A stretch of DNA of 64,000 nucleotides, taken from Clostridia bacterium (GTDB lineage Bacteria > Bacillota > Clostridia > UMGS1883 > UMGS1540). The DNA is taken from the NCBI GenBank assembly GCA_045656005.1, contig JAZOQG010000032.1, positions 1,438 through 65,437 of the forward strand, written 5' to 3'. Under the pieces are notes generated by a model. The model was given only the letters and a program-made list of their open reading frames with translations. It did not search any database and had not been told where the DNA came from. Below, piece by piece: positions 60,928-64,000 of this stretch; within the stretch, counting starts at the first letter, position 1; every line of letters starts with the position of its first letter. A program made the translations under genes and the position numbers.

Positions 60928-61079
60928 ATTCATAGGACAGACCATTCTTCATATAGAGATATTTTAACTTCTGTTATCAAGGATTTATAGACCGATGATT
61001 ATTTTCAACTTCATCGGTCTTGAAAATATGCTATTTTTTATTTATTATGTAGAAATTAAGAATAAGTTTATACAAATCA

Positions 61080-61108
61080 TTGACATAATTCGATTTTTTT
61101 AGTATAAT
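61080..61108 (+). promoter_or_regulatory. Perfect consensus sigma70 promoter TTGACA-17-TATAAT inside the IR-flanked segment, currently facing away from the SPFH operon
   Basis: TTGACA at 61080-61085, a 17-nt spacer, and TATAAT at 61103-61108. Confidence 0.6.
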
Positions 61109-61133
61109 ATATTTGTAATTTTGCGATTGCACG

Positions 61134-61157
61134 ACCACATAATCACGATTATGTGGT
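61134..61157. repeat. IR-R: 24-bp repeat (accacataatc-AC-gattatgtggt) followed by a T-run; abuts the stop of the tyrosine recombinase gene
   Basis: Inverted copy of IR-L. It is followed by gtttttatttt and can act as a terminator hairpin in the current orientation. Confidence 0.6.
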
Positions 61158-61167
61158 GTTTTTATTT

Positions 61168-62007
61168 TCAGCAGATTAATAGTCCAAGTCTTTGCAACTG
61201 CTTTCTGTGAATTTCGCCTGTTTCCATTGTGTATATTCGTGTAGTGTTCACACTTGAGTGACCAAGAATGTCGGCAAGCCTTACAACATCTTTCTGGAGA
61301 GAGTAGTAGGTGCGTGCAAACAGATGGCGAAGATTATGTGGGAATACTTTATCTTTTGACACTCCGGCAATTTCACAAAGCTTTTTCATATCAGACCATA
61401 TATTGCTTCTATCAAGTGGTTTTCCGTTTTTGCTTACAAATACAGAGCCACTTTTTATATTGTTTTCTCTTATATAGTCTTTTAGCATTTTGCAAAGCTG
61501 CTTAGGTAAGATAACAATTCTCATTTTACCTTTACAGTTAATTGTTGCCTGTCCAGACTTGACAGCAGAAACCGTTATAGCTTTAAGTTCTGATACACGG
61601 ATACCTGTTGCACATATAGTTTGCATAAGGTAATAAAGTCTTTGGTTTTTCTTTTGCTTTGCAGCAACTAACAATCTTTCATATTCAGCTTTTGTCAGTT
61701 CCTTATCCTTACTTGAAAATATCTGCCTTTGGATTTTAAGAGCCTTCACCTTCAGGTCATACCACTCGTTATATGCAAAGAAACTATTTAGTGATGATAG
61801 TATAGAATTTACACTTGCCGGAGCATATTTTTCTACTATATCTTTCTTGTATTCAAGCACAACACTTTTACTCAATTCTGTTTCTTTGCACCATTCCATG
61901 AATACTGCTATGTCACGGACATACTTATCCAAGGTAGAGGGGGACTTTTCCTCATCAATTAAATGGCCTTTAAACTTTTTTATTAGTTCGTTTGTGATTT
62001 TTCTCAT
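61168..62007 (-). CDS. Tyrosine site-specific recombinase (phage integrase family; candidate invertase for the adjacent switch)
   Basis: C-terminal catalytic residues in HNLRHLFART and LGHSSVNTTRIYT (R-H-R-Y); an N-terminal SAM-like core-binding domain; 279 aa. Confidence 0.85.
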   Translation of the reverse strand: MRKITNELIKKFKGHLIDEEKSPSTLDKYVRDIAVFMEWCKETELSKSVVLEYKKDIVEKYAPASVNSILSSLNSFFAYNEWYDLKVKALKIQRQIFSSKDKELTKAEYERLLVAAKQKKNQRLYYLMQTICATGIRVSELKAITVSAVKSGQATINCKGKMRIVILPKQLCKMLKDYIRENNIKSGSVFVSKNGKPLDRSNIWSDMKKLCEIAGVSKDKVFPHNLRHLFARTYYSLQKDVVRLADILGHSSVNTTRIYTMETGEIHRKQLQRLGLLIC

Positions 62008-62223
62008 TTTGAATCAACTCCTTTGGTTTTATTTTACCACCAACGATAAAATATATAAGAGTTGTCAATGATTTGCGTTTTACCTCCTTATTCAACCACA
62101 AACAATACCATAAAGAACACAAAAAGTCTATTCAGCAAACTACATTAAATTAATCTAATACATTGATAAATTTGATAAAATATGATATAATATTGCAAAG
62201 CAATCAAAAAGGAGGCACATGCC

Positions 62224-63081
62224 ATGTATTCGAAATTTGATTTTAAATTAACTAATTCTTTTTATAATACAGAACTTAATAAATATTTGGAAGTGGGGAA
62301 AAAAGAATACGATGATTTTAATGCAAAAGTAAAACGCAGTTTAAAAAACTTTATTTATGATAATGGAAAAATTGACGGGACCTCTTTAAAAGAACATTGG
62401 TTTAATATAGTCGATGCCGATGTTTTTATATCTCATTCACATCAAGATATTGGTAAGGTAAAAGCTTTTGCGGGATGGCTAAAGTACAATTTCAATCTTA
62501 CATGTTTTATTGATTCTTGTGTTTGGGGATATTGTGATGAGCTTTTAAAACAAATTGATGATGCAAAATGTAAGAATTCAAATTCTTCTACATATAGCTA
62601 CGAATTAAGAAATTATACCACTAGTCATGTTCATATGATGTTATCAATAGCATTATCGGAGATGATTGACAATTCGGAATGTGTTATCTTTTTCAATACT
62701 CCTGAATCAGTATCCTTATCCGAAGATTTGGAATCATTAAAAAAATCTAAGCATTCTATAACATTATCACCATGGATTTATCATGAATTGGCTATGACCA
62801 GTATGATTAGACCTAGTCAGTTGAAAAGACAAGTAACTTTGCTTGAACATTCGGAAAAAAGAACACTGTTTGCATCTGAACAAAATTCGATTCATATTTC
62901 TCACGATGTTGATAAATATATTAATGAAATGATCGAATTAACAGGTGAAGATCTAAATAAATGGAAACAAACGTATAGAATACTTACACACCAAATTGAT
63001 GGGTACGACATTCCGTTTATACGCGGATACGAGGATATTCATGCTTTAGATGTTTTGTATTCCCTCAAGGGAATTAATTAA
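62224..63081 (+). CDS. TIR-domain protein (ThsB-like)
   Basis: ADVFISHSHQD...AFAGWLKY...FIDSCVW matches the TIR betaA-alphaA-betaB signature. Later, SECVIFFNTPESVSLS...SPWIYHEL matches the TIR S..W...E motif. 285 aa with GGAGG RBS. Confidence 0.6.
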   Translation: MYSKFDFKLTNSFYNTELNKYLEVGKKEYDDFNAKVKRSLKNFIYDNGKIDGTSLKEHWFNIVDADVFISHSHQDIGKVKAFAGWLKYNFNLTCFIDSCVWGYCDELLKQIDDAKCKNSNSSTYSYELRNYTTSHVHMMLSIALSEMIDNSECVIFFNTPESVSLSEDLESLKKSKHSITLSPWIYHELAMTSMIRPSQLKRQVTLLEHSEKRTLFASEQNSIHISHDVDKYINEMIELTGEDLNKWKQTYRILTHQIDGYDIPFIRGYEDIHALDVLYSLKGIN

Positions 63082-63128
63082 AAAAGCAAGCAGCTCTTTA
63101 AACAAAAGGGTTGCTTGCTTAATTTTGG

Positions 63129-63587
63129 TTATATCCAATTTGTATAGGTGTTAATAAACATAAAAATAATCGTAAATAAAATGGGTAAGTATAGTGGCAT
63201 TAATGTTTTAGTAAACATTACTCTAACTACTGAAGGAGCTTTTTTCTTCTTACCGTCATTGTCAGTTAACCACATTTCAGACTCATATGGATTCAAGTCA
63301 TAGCAATGATTGTCATTTGTCAAACGATTTTTTATTATCCATTCATATTTCCAGCGATAAAGTTTCTCCGTTTTTAGAAAAAAAGCATCTAAATACCAAA
63401 AACAAAAACATATTAATGCGGAAATAATACATAATATTTTTATATTGAAAGTTTCCGGTAACAAAGCAAAGCCAACTGCTATCAAAGAGATAAGCCATCC
63501 TTTAACCAAGAAAGAATTATTAGCCATCCTGCTTATGCATGATTGAATAAGCTCGATTTCCTTTTCCAAAACATTTTGATTGTTCAT
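63129..63587 (-). CDS. Small three-TM membrane protein (candidate effector partner of the upstream TIR gene)
   Basis: 152 aa with two adjacent TM helices near the N-terminus, a short soluble segment and a C-terminal TM helix. It is co-oriented with the TIR-like gene and 45 nt downstream of it. Confidence 0.5.
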   Translation of the reverse strand: MNNQNVLEKEIELIQSCISRMANNSFLVKGWLISLIAVGFALLPETFNIKILCIISALICFCFWYLDAFFLKTEKLYRWKYEWIIKNRLTNDNHCYDLNPYESEMWLTDNDGKKKKAPSVVRVMFTKTLMPLYLPILFTIIFMFINTYTNWI

Positions 63588-63631
63588 AATGACACCTTCC
63601 TTAATAAAATTTTAAAATGGTTATTTTTATT

Positions 63632-64000
63632 CTATTGTAAGCTTTCGTATCTGTCTATAATAAGATTGACAAGCTCATCAATAGAATATTCCGTAGCGTC
63701 TATGTATCCATCTATTGTGTCGAATATGCCTTCAGCAGAGCCTGGTCCGCATTTAATGAGCATGACTCTTTCGGCGCTATCTTTGTTATTTATTAATTGA
63801 CGAATGGCCCTCCATTCTACGCCACACCATGTTTTAGTGTTATAATCCGCACAATTAAACACTACAACAAGGTCAGACTCTTTAGAATACAGTGTCTGCA
63901 AATGCGTATCTAAATTAGGTCGTGCAAATTCTGAAGAATGAAATTTATCATATAATATTGCTTTTTTACCATGTATAGAAGACAATTCTTTTGCAATCTT
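63632..64000 (-). CDS. TIR-like domain protein, N-terminus beyond window end
   Basis: SDLVVVFNCADYNTKTWCGVEWRAI resembles the C-terminal half of bacterial TIR (TIR_2-like) domains. The ORF is open to position 64000. Confidence 0.5.
   Translation of the reverse strand, partial: KIAKELSSIHGKKAILYDKFHSSEFARPNLDTHLQTLYSKESDLVVVFNCADYNTKTWCGVEWRAIRQLINNKDSAERVMLIKCGPGSAEGIFDTIDGYIDATEYSIDELVNLIIDRYESLQ

Larger units (their letters stand above)
47211..64000. mobile_element. Putative integrated mobilizable element/genomic island carrying defense cargo (right boundary beyond window)
   Basis: The region contains a large serine recombinase, relaxase, MobC-like protein, candidate oriT, tyrosine recombinase, Hachiman-like genes and TIR genes. 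It is more AT-rich than the flanking housekeeping genes, and the left boundary coincides with a strong bidirectional terminator after ppa. Confidence 0.5.

Noticed and set aside
60904-61157. The 24-bp repeats as attL/attR ends of an integrated element
   Set aside because: They lie only about 206 bp apart, are in inverted rather than direct orientation, and enclose nothing but a promoter. That pattern fits an invertible switch, not integration junctions.
1-64000. CRISPR arrays, rRNA and tRNA genes
   Set aside because: No regularly spaced direct repeats with unique spacers and no rRNA- or tRNA-like conserved segments were seen. Every intergenic region longer than 150 bp was examined individually.

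Overview
This window is a low-GC Firmicutes (Clostridia-like) chromosomal segment, suggested by the sporulation gene yunB, the DUF1292-ruvX pair, UPF0182 and an S-layer-free housekeeping set. Positions 1 to about 47,200 are core genome. I call lnt (5'-truncated), DUF1292-ruvX, a UPF0182 membrane protein, ftsY and smc on the minus strand, and plsX-acpP-rnc plus a radical SAM enzyme and yunB on the plus strand. Further calls are a TetR regulator with a Na+/solute symporter, a membrane-anchored PP2C phosphatase, and a LmbE-like deacetylase next to a NagB-like gene that carries an in-frame TGA. Downstream are tex, comM, tsaE-tsaB, rpiB, nrdR, an Orn/Lys/Arg decarboxylase, and an mglBAC sugar ABC transporter whose permease carries an in-frame TAA. 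The core continues with a D-Ala-D-Ala carboxypeptidase, an ABC-F ATPase, pyrimidine salvage (uraA/pyrP and upp), comFC, recD2, metK, ctp, an M23 peptidase, ftsEX, a PucR/CdaR regulator and ppa. From about 47.2 kb to the window end the region looks like an integrated mobilizable element with accessory cargo. It contains a large serine recombinase, small ORFs, a MobC-like protein with a relaxase and a putative oriT, a Hachiman-like hamA/hamB pair preceded by an extra Zn-binding gene, and two small co-oriented proteins. It also carries a five-gene minus-strand operon encoding an SPFH (Band-7) protein with five tandem zinc ribbons plus four membrane proteins. That operon sits immediately downstream of a pair of 24-bp inverted repeats that enclose a perfect consensus sigma70 promoter currently pointing away from the operon. 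The repeats abut a small tyrosine recombinase, which is the architecture of an invertible phase-variation switch. After the recombinase comes a cluster of two TIR-domain proteins and a small three-TM protein, a Thoeris-like or new TIR-plus-membrane module that runs off the window edge. I found no CRISPR arrays, rRNA or tRNA genes.
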